From a virus: DNA of 55,793 nucleotides. Below, piece by piece: positions 15,957 to 24,800 of the stretch (positions are counted from its first letter, which is position 1; every line of letters begins with the position of its first letter). The notes below the pieces were generated by a model that saw nothing but the letters and a program-made list of their open reading frames with translations, made no database searches and was not told where the DNA came from. The translations under genes and the position numbers were made by a program. Location of the stretch: the IMG/VR virus record IMGVR_UViG_3300036827_000017, positions 1 through 55,793 of that record; one strand, 5' to 3'.

Positions 15957-16766
15957 TCACCGATCGCACAAATTGTAGATACTCATGCAAGTCTTGCGTT
16001 CTTCCCAGGGAAGCTCGGCCATTGTTTTCATGTCCAAATAAGTAATCACGTCGGCGTTCATCGGAAACTTCTTGCCACTCTTGGGATCGAATCCGGTTTG
16101 AAATCGCTTCGGAATATAGTTCGGTGGGAAGAATGACCTGCCGCCGCAAGCCGCGCTCAATAGTTCCATTCTCTCGATAAAGACTGGCCGCATGATCGGA
16201 TTGGATAGGAAGGCTTTCGCCTCTCTGTGATTGATGAGCACGCAAGGGAAGCATCCTACTCGGCCAGCGTCCAGCAGATACAGAGGATTTGGCGGAATTG
16301 AGTATTTCGCGGCGAGAGCGAACACTTGCTCGACGGTCCAGAATGCGAGTGGATGATTCACCCAGCAGTCATACCAGTCCGACCATTCCCGCTCCGGGAT
16401 CTGGCTACGCGATTCGCTTTCATCTCGACGCTTTCCGTCGTACATTTCATATTCGTCATTGATCGTTTTTAGAAACTCGATCATGGGCTTGACTTTCAAT
16501 TCTTCGGTGCAAAAGCGTGCCTTCGGCGAAGGCACGCGATGCTTGATCTTGACCAATTTCTCCATGCCCATAGACGGCAGTACGTGGAACTCAAGGCCGA
16601 GCAAGAGTGATTTCTTCATATCTTCCAAGTAAGCAAACATCAAATCGTGATCCCACTTTGCGTCATTGAAAACGACGATAATATCGGCGGCGGCGAATCG
16701 TTCTTTGGCCCACAGGACAAGTGCCGTTGAATCCTTGCCGGTCGAATATCCGATAACTCGTTTCAC
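15957..16766 (-). CDS. PAPS-reductase-family (PP-loop ATP pyrophosphatase) protein
   Basis: GTG start; VIGYSTGKDSTALVLWA = SGGKDS-type PP-loop. Confidence 0.8.
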   Translation of the reverse strand: MKRVIGYSTGKDSTALVLWAKERFAAADIIVVFNDAKWDHDLMFAYLEDMKKSLLLGLEFHVLPSMGMEKLVKIKHRVPSPKARFCTEELKVKPMIEFLKTINDEYEMYDGKRRDESESRSQIPEREWSDWYDCWVNHPLAFWTVEQVFALAAKYSIPPNPLYLLDAGRVGCFPCVLINHREAKAFLSNPIMRPVFIERMELLSAACGGRSFFPPNYIPKRFQTGFDPKSGKKFPMNADVITYLDMKTMAELPWEERKTCMSIYNLCDR

Positions 16767-16871
16767 TGAATCGTTTCCTTTACAGACCGCGGTTTCTCGG
16801 GACTGGTGATTTTCCGCATTTGCCGTTTCACCCTTCCACCTCCATGCGTGTGATGACGTGCCCCGAGCGCG

Positions 16872-16884
16872 TATTAAAATAATA
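16872..16884 (+). repeat. 13-bp dyad box
   Basis: exact; in the 345-nt non-coding gap, 2 nt from hairpin arm 16887. Confidence 0.9.
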
Positions 16885-17111
16885 ATCCTGGGAGCCGGAG
16901 AAGCCTATGGGTTAGTCTCCCGAGTTCTCCCAGGACTTGCGCGCTGCGTGTGCGGGCAAGATCAAGCCGGGCAGGTGAGGTATCAGCCGGAATGCTGAAG
17001 TTTGTCGGTTAAGCATGTCCCGATGCCCTCCATCGAGCCGCAAAGAAGGTGCTGCTTCTCCTATAGGCTCCCGGTTCCCATTCTCCTTTTACTTGCCTTA
17101 CCCGGCAAAAA
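16885..17111 (-). ncRNA. candidate structured non-coding element
   Basis: local hairpin CCTGGGAG...CTCCCAGG (16887..16934) and long-range inverted repeat GGGAGCC-GGAGAAGC (16890..16904) / GCTTCTCC-TATA-GGCTCCC (17054..17072); no convincing ORF. Confidence 0.3.
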
Positions 17112-18221
17112 TCAATTCCACAAATCGACTGGATCATTGAAAAATTCTTCTCCGTCGAGGCTCACGATGCCGACGACATTGGTGTACTGCCCCTTAGTTT
17201 CCAACGTCAGCACCGCAGGTCGCCCTACGTGATGCTCCAAGTGAGGCCACATGCGCTTATTCCAGCAGCTCGCTTTCTTACCGTCCCATTCGACCGATAG
17301 AAACTCTTTGGCACCGGGCTTGTTGCCCTTGACTCGCTTCGCCGAGGTAATGATGGGATCGCTGCCGTTGCTTGGTTCCGGCTCCTCGTCCTCGATCACG
17401 GGCGGTGGCGGGATATTCGCCTTCGGTGGCGCCAGCGGGCCGCGCTGCGGCGCTTCCATCCATGTTGTGCCTACGTTGTACTTCTTGCACAGATCTACGA
17501 ATTTGAATCCATTCTTGGCGGGAATGATGGCCGTACTCCCCTCCCATTTCCACCCCAGTTCACCCATTGCCTTGTTATCCAGGTTCGAGCGCACGATCGG
17601 CAACCCCTTGCCGGACAGGGCTACGAATCCCTCTTTATAGGGAGTTAGGGTTACGTTCTGTTGTAGTTCGTCCAGTCCTTCCTGTGCAACTTGCCTAGTA
17701 CGCGGATTGTCCGATTTCGCGGCTTGTTCAAGTTGCTTCTTAGCCACGGCTTTTGCAGCAGCCTTTCCTTCCTTGGGATCAGCCTTCTCATTTTCTGGAT
17801 CATCGCCAGTCGGCAGCATGAACCCTTTTAGAAACATATATTTCGAGCTTCCTGTGATGGCTTTGTAGATTCCCTTGTCGCCCGTGTCAGTCCCGCATCC
17901 CGGCATCATGCACTCTTGCGCCTCACCCGTATCGCCGTCGAGGAAGGTCCACTTCACCATGATGTCAGTAATGAACATTGTGCTGCCAGTCGATGTTTTG
18001 CTGTGCTCTTTGCGTTCGGCGCTAGTTACACTGGGAAAGACAAAGATATTGCGTGCGGCCAACTTCTCGCGCAGCAGTTCTACAACGTCGGCCTCGGTCG
18101 CATAGTTGTAGTTGAATTTCTCGTTGCGGCCACGCTTCTGAATATATCCGGCCTCAGCCATCACTTCGCAGAGTTTTGCTACTAATCCATGCTGTTTCGG
18201 TGCTTCCGTGTTATCGCTCAT
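17112..18221 (-). CDS. erf: ERF-family single-strand annealing protein
   Basis: KFNYNYATEADVVELLREKL ... GDKGIYKAITGSSKYMFLKGF. Confidence 0.8.
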   Translation of the reverse strand: MSDNTEAPKQHGLVAKLCEVMAEAGYIQKRGRNEKFNYNYATEADVVELLREKLAARNIFVFPSVTSAERKEHSKTSTGSTMFITDIMVKWTFLDGDTGEAQECMMPGCGTDTGDKGIYKAITGSSKYMFLKGFMLPTGDDPENEKADPKEGKAAAKAVAKKQLEQAAKSDNPRTRQVAQEGLDELQQNVTLTPYKEGFVALSGKGLPIVRSNLDNKAMGELGWKWEGSTAIIPAKNGFKFVDLCKKYNVGTTWMEAPQRGPLAPPKANIPPPPVIEDEEPEPSNGSDPIITSAKRVKGNKPGAKEFLSVEWDGKKASCWNKRMWPHLEHHVGRPAVLTLETKGQYTNVVGIVSLDGEEFFNDPVDLWN

Positions 18222-18463
18222 CGTCTGTGCGGCTCCAGTCCCGATCCGTCATCGTCACCGTCTAGGTATAGCGTTGATTCGTTGTCGTTTTCTTCGGTAT
18301 AGGCTTGGCACCCACATGGGCCTCGTGCCATCAGAACAGTTGGCTCACTCGGTTGATTCCCCGTTACCCAGTGGTCACCGAGTTCTACTTCGCAGCCTTC
18401 CTTACCGTGCCGTGAAATCAGGTGGCCGCACTCATCGCATTCTTGATTAGCGTCAAATCCCAT
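18218..18463 (-). CDS. small Cys-rich protein (81 aa)
   Basis: CDECGH...C...CGC. Confidence 0.55.
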   Translation of the reverse strand: MGFDANQECDECGHLISRHGKEGCEVELGDHWVTGNQPSEPTVLMARGPCGCQAYTEENDNESTLYLDGDDDGSGLEPHRR

Positions 18464-18466
18464 TGC

Positions 18467-18589
18467 TCACCTTCCATTCGGCGTGAGCGCGACGACCAGC
18501 AGCCACCCGCACACGATCAGCAGGGCCACGCCGACCAGCGCCATCACTTCGTTAAACACTGCGTAATTATTAAAATAATATCGTTTCAT
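18467..18589 (-). CDS. small membrane protein (40 aa), not in ORF track
   Basis: ATGA overlap with stop of 18586..; MKRYYFNNYAVFNEVMALVGVALLIVCGWLLVVALTPNGR; codons 4-8 are a dyad box. Confidence 0.45.
   Translation of the reverse strand: MKRYYFNNYAVFNEVMALVGVALLIVCGWLLVVALTPNGR
18568..18580 (+). repeat. 13-bp dyad box
   Basis: exact; coding strand reads ATG AAA CGA TAT TAT TTT AAT AAT = MKRYYFNN (second reading frame). Confidence 0.9.
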
Positions 18590-18900
18590 GACGGTTTCCC
18601 CCGTTCGCTTTCAGACGTGCCGCTAGTCAGTCTCAAAACTCGCTCGCCAGTAGGAGAGGGCATTCCATATTTGAATTGCAATTCGACCGCTTTTAGCAGC
18701 TTTCCACCAGCATTGCAGCAAGCGTTCCCCGTCGCCGGCGTAATCCGTCCTTCGATCAGGTCAGAGATGAGGGCGGACATCATGGCTGTAAATTCGTTGC
18801 CTGTCGTGATTCCTACGGCAGCAATCGCCCGGCTTCGAGGTCCGCGACGCAGTGCCTTAGTCTTTTTAGTGACCGCTTTGCTTTCTGTATGTCCTTCCAT
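18586..18900 (-). CDS. hypothetical protein (104 aa)
   Basis: start taken at ATG 18900 (AAAGGA upstream); track start 18942 also possible. Confidence 0.5.
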   Translation of the reverse strand: MEGHTESKAVTKKTKALRRGPRSRAIAAVGITTGNEFTAMMSALISDLIEGRITPATGNACCNAGGKLLKAVELQFKYGMPSPTGERVLRLTSGTSESERGKPS

Positions 18901-19274
18901 GGTTTTATCCTTTCGTCGTCTGAGTATTTTTCCTGCCACCACTTATATTTGGCCGGATCAATATTTTTAACTTTGCGCTGGTAAACTTTACTGAGCATCG
19001 AATAGTGCTGTATACGATGAGCCTTACACATCGTTCCGTAGCTACCGGAACGGCACAATTTATGCTCGATTCTATGAACAGGCTGATTGCAGCCTTTTAT
19101 CTTGCAAGTTTTAGGTTGCGTATGCCTTCTGCGAGGAATTCCATAGCGCATCATTTGAGATAAAACAGAGCGGTAAGGAATTCCGACAATCTTCTCAATT
19201 TTTGTAATTGGCAACCACCGATTCCAATACAGATCATGGAGAACGACAGGATCAATTTTGGAATACTTGGTCAC
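18813..19274 (-). CDS. hypothetical protein with HTH-like N-terminus and Cys/His cluster (153 aa)
   Basis: GTG 19274 overlaps upstream stop (GTGA); ITKIEKIVGIPYRSVLSQMMRYG. Confidence 0.55.
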   Translation of the reverse strand: MTKYSKIDPVVLHDLYWNRWLPITKIEKIVGIPYRSVLSQMMRYGIPRRRHTQPKTCKIKGCNQPVHRIEHKLCRSGSYGTMCKAHRIQHYSMLSKVYQRKVKNIDPAKYKWWQEKYSDDERIKPWKDIQKAKRSLKRLRHCVADLEAGRLLP

Positions 19275-19423
19275 GCCGTCCTCGCTTCCCGCAGTTCGTA
19301 ATGTACTTGGTGCTTCGACCGCCAGTCCTTGTTCGCACAGGCCCCGCTACAAAACCGCTTGCGTCGTCCCCTTTCGTTCCGCTTGACTGGTTTCTTGCAC
19401 CCTTTTCGTTCGCATTGCGCCAT
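19271..19423 (-). CDS. small Zn-binding protein (50 aa), not in ORF track
   Basis: AGGAG 7 nt before ATG 19423; MAQCERKGCKKPVKRNERGRRKRFCSGACANKDWR. Confidence 0.6.
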   Translation of the reverse strand: MAQCERKGCKKPVKRNERGRRKRFCSGACANKDWRSKHQVHYELREARTA

Positions 19424-19496
19424 TTTATTCTCCTTGCCAGCGCACAATATACACTGCGCATTTAATTGTCAAGAGAAATCGGAGGGATAAGTATAC

Positions 19497-19506
19497 GATA
19501 ATTATC
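19497..19506. promoter_or_regulatory. perfect 10-bp palindrome GATAATTATC (operator candidate)
   Basis: between divergent genes 19423(-) and 19539(+), just downstream of TTGTCA (19466..19471)-N17-AAGTAT. Confidence 0.3.
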
Positions 19507-19538
19507 ACAGGCATGTCGTGCTACACTCCCTTTCGGCA

Positions 19539-19691
19539 ATGCGTGAGGATTTACGACGCTCGCCTCCGACCTATGCTGACATTCGGCGAATCCTTCAAAT
19601 GCGCTGCGAGCGGGTTCCCTGGCGAACGATTGCCAAACGACTCGGGTTTTCCGTGCGTACCATTCAGAAAGCGATAAGAGAGATTCAATGA
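19539..19691 (+). CDS. small HTH DNA-binding protein (50 aa), not in ORF track
   Basis: own translation MREDLRRSPPTYADIRRILQMRCERVPWRTIAKRLGFSVRTIQKAIREIQ; TGA overlaps next ATG (ATGA); GTG 19518 alternative start. Confidence 0.6.
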   Translation: MREDLRRSPPTYADIRRILQMRCERVPWRTIAKRLGFSVRTIQKAIREIQ

Positions 19692-20344
19692 AGAAATTGG
19701 CGCTTATCTTTCCGCTCGCATTGCTCACTGGCTGCGCGGCGTCCATCTATCAGCCCAAGCCACCTCTCCCGCCGACCACATTCACGAATCATTATCTGGC
19801 TGATCTTGCCTCTCCCACACTGCTTTCCAGTTACGACAGCCTGCCCGATGGATCGCTTAAAGTTGCACGGCGCAATGCCATCCTCTACGAATACATCTGG
19901 CTCGTGGACGCTAATTACTATACATACGAAGTGGGATTCTTTTCCGGTCAGGCGTATGTGAGCACGGCTGCGGACCTCGCGGTGATGGGCACAGATGCAG
20001 CCGCAGCAGTTACCGGGACGGCCATGACGAAAGCTATCCTTGCGGCGGTTGCTGGCGGGGTGGTGGGAGCGCGTAGTACATATCAAAAGAACTTCTTCGA
20101 TCAGATTACACGGGAAAATATCGTCGCGCAGATGCGAGCATCCCGAGCAAGCACGCTCGTTGAAATCATGCAGGGAATGAATATGAATGGGGTCGGTTAT
20201 ACGCTCGAACAAGGGTTGCTAGATGTAGCAGCCTATTATCGGGATGGAACGGTAATTAGCGCGGTCGAAGCCATCAGCAACTCGACCAGCCAGCAGGCCA
20301 ATACTGCCAGACAAGCCATGAAAACTTTGAGGGGAATACGCTGA
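19688..20344 (+). CDS. lipoprotein
   Basis: MKKLALIFPLALLTGC lipobox. Confidence 0.75.
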   Translation: MKKLALIFPLALLTGCAASIYQPKPPLPPTTFTNHYLADLASPTLLSSYDSLPDGSLKVARRNAILYEYIWLVDANYYTYEVGFFSGQAYVSTAADLAVMGTDAAAAVTGTAMTKAILAAVAGGVVGARSTYQKNFFDQITRENIVAQMRASRASTLVEIMQGMNMNGVGYTLEQGLLDVAAYYRDGTVISAVEAISNSTSQQANTARQAMKTLRGIR

Positions 20345-20347
20345 CTA

Positions 20348-21829
20348 ATGAAACGAATCGCCTTCGTAACCACGTGCAAGAATCGCGCCCAACATCTCAA
20401 GTCAACCCTTCCCCGCAATCTCGCCGACAACGCCTCCTACGCGAATGCCGTATTCATCGTCCTCGACTATTCCAGCCCTGATGATCTGCTCCCTTATCTG
20501 TTTATGAATCACCAGCAGGACATCGAATCCGGTCGTCTAGTCGTCTACTCGTTCCTTGATCCGGTGCCTGGACCGTTTCGTATGGCCCACGCTAAGAATT
20601 TAGCGGCCAGGTGCGGCATCCTCGAAGGCGCGGACATTCTCGTTACCCTCGACGCGGACAATTACACTGGCCCAGGATTCGCTCAATTTATTAGTGACCA
20701 CTTCACCGAACCGGGGATATTCCTATGTCCTGATTTTCCGCTCATCCACAGCCTTCCTCACGGCCCTTCCCGTCCGATGCGTGGCTATGCCGGTCGTCTG
20801 GCAATCCGGGCACAAGACTTCATTAAGGCCGGAGGGTACGACGAGATTTTCGATGTGTGGGGCAGCGAAGATATGGACATGATCTTTCGATTGCAGCGAA
20901 TGGGATACTCCATGCGGCATATCGACAACGGGTACCTGAATACGATCCCTCATCCCGCCGAGGTTCGCTTCAAGGAGTATCCCGAGGCGCAGAAGTATGA
21001 GACGAAACAGCACGTCCTGACCGTAGCCGCTCGGACACAAACCGTTGTGAATTACGGGCGGTTCGGCCTCGGCGCGGTGCGTCGCCATCCCGACTCGCGC
21101 ACCATCACACTCGCGCCCCTGCCGACCCGCATCTTCGGAATCGGAATGCAAAAGACGGCGACCAGCTCACTCCACAAAGCATTCCAGGCTCTTGGCTTCG
21201 ATAGCTTTCATTGGGGTGCCGGAGAAGCTCCCCTGATCTGGTGGGAGTCGCAGCAAGGCAGATCAAAAACTCTTGAACGCTGGTACGCGCTATCCGATAA
21301 CCCGATTCCCTTGCTCTATCGGCAATTAGACAGTTTGTATCCCGGTTCGAAGTTTATCCTCACGGTGCGCGACGAACGGGATTGGATCAAAAGCGTGGAG
21401 AGGCTATGGGACTACCGCTACAATCCGACCAGGTGGGTGTGGGATAAATATCCCTTCACTAATCACATTCACGCTGTCCTGTACGGCCAGAAGGATTTCA
21501 ACGCCGAGATCTTCCTTGCGCGGTATCGGCGTCACAACGCGGAAGTGAAGCGGTATTTCAAGTATCGTCCCGATGACTTGCTGATTCTCGACATCCCCGC
21601 CGGCGATGGATGGAATAAGCTATGTAAATTTCTCGGTAAACCTGTCCCCGATGTTCCCTTTCCGTGGAATAATAATACTCAGCAAAACAAGTTCATCGCC
21701 GCTGCTGCTGAAATCTATACCGAGCCTGCCATGAGAATATCCCGAAGGCACGAACGCCAGCATCACCACCATATGTCTTGGCTCCAGAAATTGTTCTGCC
21801 GGATTTGCCGTTGGTGGCATCGTGAGTAA
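20348..21829 (+). CDS. fusion: N-terminal GT-A glycosyltransferase (beta4GalT/GT7C-like) + C-terminal sulfotransferase
   Basis: VLDYSSPDD, TLDADNY, WGSEDMDMIFR (WGxEDxD motif); then IFGIGMQKTATSSLHKAFQALGF, a PAPS-binding-loop-like start of a sulfotransferase domain. Confidence 0.7.
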   Translation: MKRIAFVTTCKNRAQHLKSTLPRNLADNASYANAVFIVLDYSSPDDLLPYLFMNHQQDIESGRLVVYSFLDPVPGPFRMAHAKNLAARCGILEGADILVTLDADNYTGPGFAQFISDHFTEPGIFLCPDFPLIHSLPHGPSRPMRGYAGRLAIRAQDFIKAGGYDEIFDVWGSEDMDMIFRLQRMGYSMRHIDNGYLNTIPHPAEVRFKEYPEAQKYETKQHVLTVAARTQTVVNYGRFGLGAVRRHPDSRTITLAPLPTRIFGIGMQKTATSSLHKAFQALGFDSFHWGAGEAPLIWWESQQGRSKTLERWYALSDNPIPLLYRQLDSLYPGSKFILTVRDERDWIKSVERLWDYRYNPTRWVWDKYPFTNHIHAVLYGQKDFNAEIFLARYRRHNAEVKRYFKYRPDDLLILDIPAGDGWNKLCKFLGKPVPDVPFPWNNNTQQNKFIAAAAEIYTEPAMRISRRHERQHHHHMSWLQKLFCRICRWWHRE

Positions 21830-22346
21830 AGAGGGCTTGGTCGTCTGGCTGACTGGGCTTAGCGGCTCCGGCAAAACCACAATTTGTCAGGCAGTAGCCA
21901 AAGAACTTATCAGGCGCAAACTGCCAGTCGAGGTTCTCGATGGCGACGATGTGCGCAAGAATCTCACCAGCGACTTGGGCTTCACTAAAACCGACCGTGA
22001 CGACAACGTTCATAGAATTGGCTACGTCGCACATCTACTCGCTCGCAATGGCATCATCGTGATGGTCGCCGTCATCTCTCCCTATTACGACACCAGGCAG
22101 GAAGTCTACAAAACACTTGGTAAAGTCATTGAAGTGCATGTACACGCACCGCTTTCTGTCTGCGAGGCTCGTGATCCTAAAGGACTCTATGCGAAGGTTC
22201 GTGCCGGCGAGCTGTGGAACTTCACCGGAATCGACGACCCCTACGAACCACCGCTTACGCCGGAGATTGAATGCAACACTGCCGCGGAAACAATCGACGA
22301 AAGCCGTGATAAAGTCATTAAAGCTGTGCTGAAGAGTATCCGATGA
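21822..22346 (+). CDS. cysC: adenylylsulfate (APS) kinase
   Basis: VVWLTGLSGSGKTT ... LDGDDVRKNL...LGFTKTDRDDNVHRIGYVAHLLARNG. Confidence 0.9.
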   Translation: MSKEGLVVWLTGLSGSGKTTICQAVAKELIRRKLPVEVLDGDDVRKNLTSDLGFTKTDRDDNVHRIGYVAHLLARNGIIVMVAVISPYYDTRQEVYKTLGKVIEVHVHAPLSVCEARDPKGLYAKVRAGELWNFTGIDDPYEPPLTPEIECNTAAETIDESRDKVIKAVLKSIR

Positions 22347-22891
22347 AAGAATTTGCAACCAAGGCCGCACACTGGGATCATTGCATTCCCCTGCTGACTG
22401 TAGAGGGATTGGTGATGGAGTTTGGAGTATTCAACGGAACCTCCGTCAATCACATTGCCGACCGAGTTCGCCCGCACAAAGTCTACGGATTCGATAGTTT
22501 CAAGGGGTTGCCGCGAGGATGGTACAAGGTACGACAGGGATATTTTGCCCTGCCGGCGCCTCCACCTGTACGGGAGAATGTAGAACTGGTTATCGGACTA
22601 TTCGAGGACACCTTACCAGGGTTCCTGTCCGAGCACCCCGAACCAGCCTCATTCATTCATGTGGACTGCGACTTGTACTCTTCCACGAAAACAGTTCTGG
22701 ATCACTTAGGTCCACGAATCGTCCCTGGCACGATTATCATCTTCGATGAATTCAACGACTACGGGGGATGGGAATTACATGAGTTCAAGGCGTTTAGTGA
22801 GTTCATGGACGCATCTACTTTGAAATATGAATACATCGCTCAACTTGCTTCGAGCGATAATCCAAGACCCGTAAGTGTGAGGATTGTATGA
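22343..22891 (+). CDS. TylF/MycF-like class I SAM-dependent O-methyltransferase
   Basis: MEFGVFNGTS, GFDSFKGLP, HVDCDLYSSTKTVLDHL, IIIFDEFNDYGGW. Confidence 0.7.
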   Translation: MKEFATKAAHWDHCIPLLTVEGLVMEFGVFNGTSVNHIADRVRPHKVYGFDSFKGLPRGWYKVRQGYFALPAPPPVRENVELVIGLFEDTLPGFLSEHPEPASFIHVDCDLYSSTKTVLDHLGPRIVPGTIIIFDEFNDYGGWELHEFKAFSEFMDASTLKYEYIAQLASSDNPRPVSVRIV

Positions 22892-23319
22892 GCGCCCTTC
22901 CACTAAGATTTGAAAACAAGATCAACAAACTAGATTCTGGCTGTTGGGAATGGACAGGTAGGAAGGATAGTGGTGGGTATTGTCAGAGTTCTACAATTGG
23001 TAAAGACAAGCGGCGGTGCATGGCCCATAGAGCGGTTTATGAAATCCTTGTTGGCCCCATTCCGAAAGGTCTGGAGCTTGACCATCTCTGTAGGAATCGG
23101 GCCTGTGTCAATCCCGAACACTTAGAGCCAGTGACGACACGCGAAAATGTTTTAAGAAGCCAAAATTTAGCATCCATAAATGCCAAGAAAACTCACTGTC
23201 CGCAGGGACATCCGTATAATCAAGAAAATACATATATTTACCCAGACGGAAAACGAAGGTGCAAGATTTGTCGGATGGCAGCATCTAGAAAATATCGTGC
23301 CATGAAAGGTAAACAATGA
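22888..23319 (+). CDS. HNH endonuclease
   Basis: LDHLCRNRACVNPEHLEPVTTRENV. Confidence 0.85.
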   Translation: MSALPLRFENKINKLDSGCWEWTGRKDSGGYCQSSTIGKDKRRCMAHRAVYEILVGPIPKGLELDHLCRNRACVNPEHLEPVTTRENVLRSQNLASINAKKTHCPQGHPYNQENTYIYPDGKRRCKICRMAASRKYRAMKGKQ

Positions 23320-24161
23320 GAACGCACAGACGCCGGAGACATCACCACCACAGCAGACACAAACGCCACCATCGGGACATCCCGATCGGCAAGCTCGGCA
23401 AGCGCCCAGCCATCATCGACCCTCGCACGCTCAAGCTCGGGAAATATCTCCTTTCAACGCTTCCTCCGGCACCACTCTCGGTGGATTACACGATGGGCAT
23501 CAAAGATTTCTCGATGATGCTCAATGATGCGCTTGGCGATTGCGTGATTGCAGCCGTCGGCCACGCACAGCAGATATTTTCAGCCGCAGCACGCAGCTTC
23601 GCCGATACTCCTCCCGATTCGGTGATTCTCGCTGGCTACGAGAATTGGTGCGGGTATGTGCCCGGAAAGCCTCGCACCGACCAAGGCTGCTTTGAGATCA
23701 ACGTACTCAATGCGTGGCGCAAGTCGAGTTTTTATTCCTATTCTCTGAGCATGTATGCGGACCCGAATCCACGCAACATTGCCGAGATTAAGCAAGCCAT
23801 CCATCTATTCGGCGGGGTTTTTCTTGGAATCCAGCTACCTGTATCGGTTCAGGGATTAAACGTGTGGGATGTGTCGAGCGGGCCGGATGCTGTCCCTGGC
23901 TCCTGGGGCGGCCACGCCGTGTGGGTTCCGAAATACGTCACCAACGCCGATGGCAGCGTGACCTTCACCTGTATCTCCTGGGGCGGGTTAATCGACATCA
24001 CCGAAGCGTTCTGGCTCTACAACGATCCCTCGAACGGCCCATACATCGACGAAGTTCACGCACTCATTTCGCCGGAGTTCATCAACCGCAAGAGCCATAC
24101 GACGCCAACGGGCCTGAACCTCATGCAGATGGAAGCGGATATGCTGCAAGTCACGAAGTAA
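23316..24161 (+). CDS. papain-fold cysteine-peptidase-like protein with His/Arg-rich N-terminus
   Basis: LGDCVIAAVGH (Cys), SWGGHAVWV (His), CISWGG; order is as in C1-type peptidases; tentative. Confidence 0.5.
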   Translation: MRTHRRRRHHHHSRHKRHHRDIPIGKLGKRPAIIDPRTLKLGKYLLSTLPPAPLSVDYTMGIKDFSMMLNDALGDCVIAAVGHAQQIFSAAARSFADTPPDSVILAGYENWCGYVPGKPRTDQGCFEINVLNAWRKSSFYSYSLSMYADPNPRNIAEIKQAIHLFGGVFLGIQLPVSVQGLNVWDVSSGPDAVPGSWGGHAVWVPKYVTNADGSVTFTCISWGGLIDITEAFWLYNDPSNGPYIDEVHALISPEFINRKSHTTPTGLNLMQMEADMLQVTK

Positions 24162-24162
24162 T

Positions 24163-24175
24163 TATTAAAATAATA
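24163..24175 (+). repeat. 13-bp dyad box
   Basis: exact; TATTAAAATAATATG, last A is the A of the lysozyme start; covers all but the first base of the 13-nt spacer. Confidence 0.9.
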
Positions 24176-24594
24176 TGCCCGTCGATTCAATCTCCTCGCA
24201 ACTCCGACGTGACGAGGGGGTGCGGCAATTCCCTTATGTGGACACCGTGGGCAAGACCACGATCGGCGTGGGTCGCAACCTAACCGATGTGGGACTCTCC
24301 GATGCGGAGATCGACTTCCTTCTCTCCAATGACATCCAGAAAGTGCTCAATCAGCTACAGGCACGCCTGCCCTATTTCGAGGCGCTTGATCCGGCGCGGC
24401 AAGGCGTCCTTATCAACATGGCCTTCAATTTAGGCTTCGCTGGCTTGGAAGGTTTCCCTCGTATGCTCTCCGCGTTCGCGCAAGGCGACTGGGAGCGTGC
24501 AGCGTCGGAAATGCTAGAGTCTCGCTGGGCGACTCAGGTGGGAGCGCGCGCCGAGCGGCTCGCGGAGCAAACGCGCACAGGACAGTGGGTCTAG
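24175..24594 (+). CDS. GH24 (T4-type) lysozyme / endolysin
   Basis: LRRDEGVRQFPYVDTVGKTTIGVGRNL (E...D...T catalytic pattern). Confidence 0.9.
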   Translation: MPVDSISSQLRRDEGVRQFPYVDTVGKTTIGVGRNLTDVGLSDAEIDFLLSNDIQKVLNQLQARLPYFEALDPARQGVLINMAFNLGFAGLEGFPRMLSAFAQGDWERAASEMLESRWATQVGARAERLAEQTRTGQWV

Positions 24595-24791
24595 TAGTGG
24601 TACGGTCCCCGGAACGCTGGGAACGCCGGCGCCATCCCGAACAGCATGGACAACAGATACAGCAGGCAGACGACGAGGATGATGACTAGTGCGATAGTCT
24701 TGAACGGATCAGGAATAGGCAGCACTGAAACCACCCAGTACACAAGTCCCATGATGATGATGAGCACCAAGATTGAGAAGAGAAATGGCAT
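24591..24791 (-). CDS. two-TM small membrane protein (holin candidate)
   Basis: MPFLFSILVLIIIMGLVYWVV...IALVIILVVCLLYLLSMLF; converges on the lysozyme gene. Confidence 0.55.
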   Translation of the reverse strand: MPFLFSILVLIIIMGLVYWVVSVLPIPDPFKTIALVIILVVCLLYLLSMLFGMAPAFPAFRGPYHY

Positions 24792-24800
24792 TGTGTCCTC

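Noticed and set aside
19462-20212. Minus-strand ORFs 19462..19746 and 19685..20212
   Set aside because: They are antisense to a clear HTH gene and a lipoprotein gene with lipobox, and carry no motifs.
21668-21683. AATAATAATACTCAGC resembling the 47527 box flank
   Set aside because: It lacks the left arm TATTA and the A4 centre, so it is likely a coincidental AT-rich Asn codon run (WNNNTQQ).
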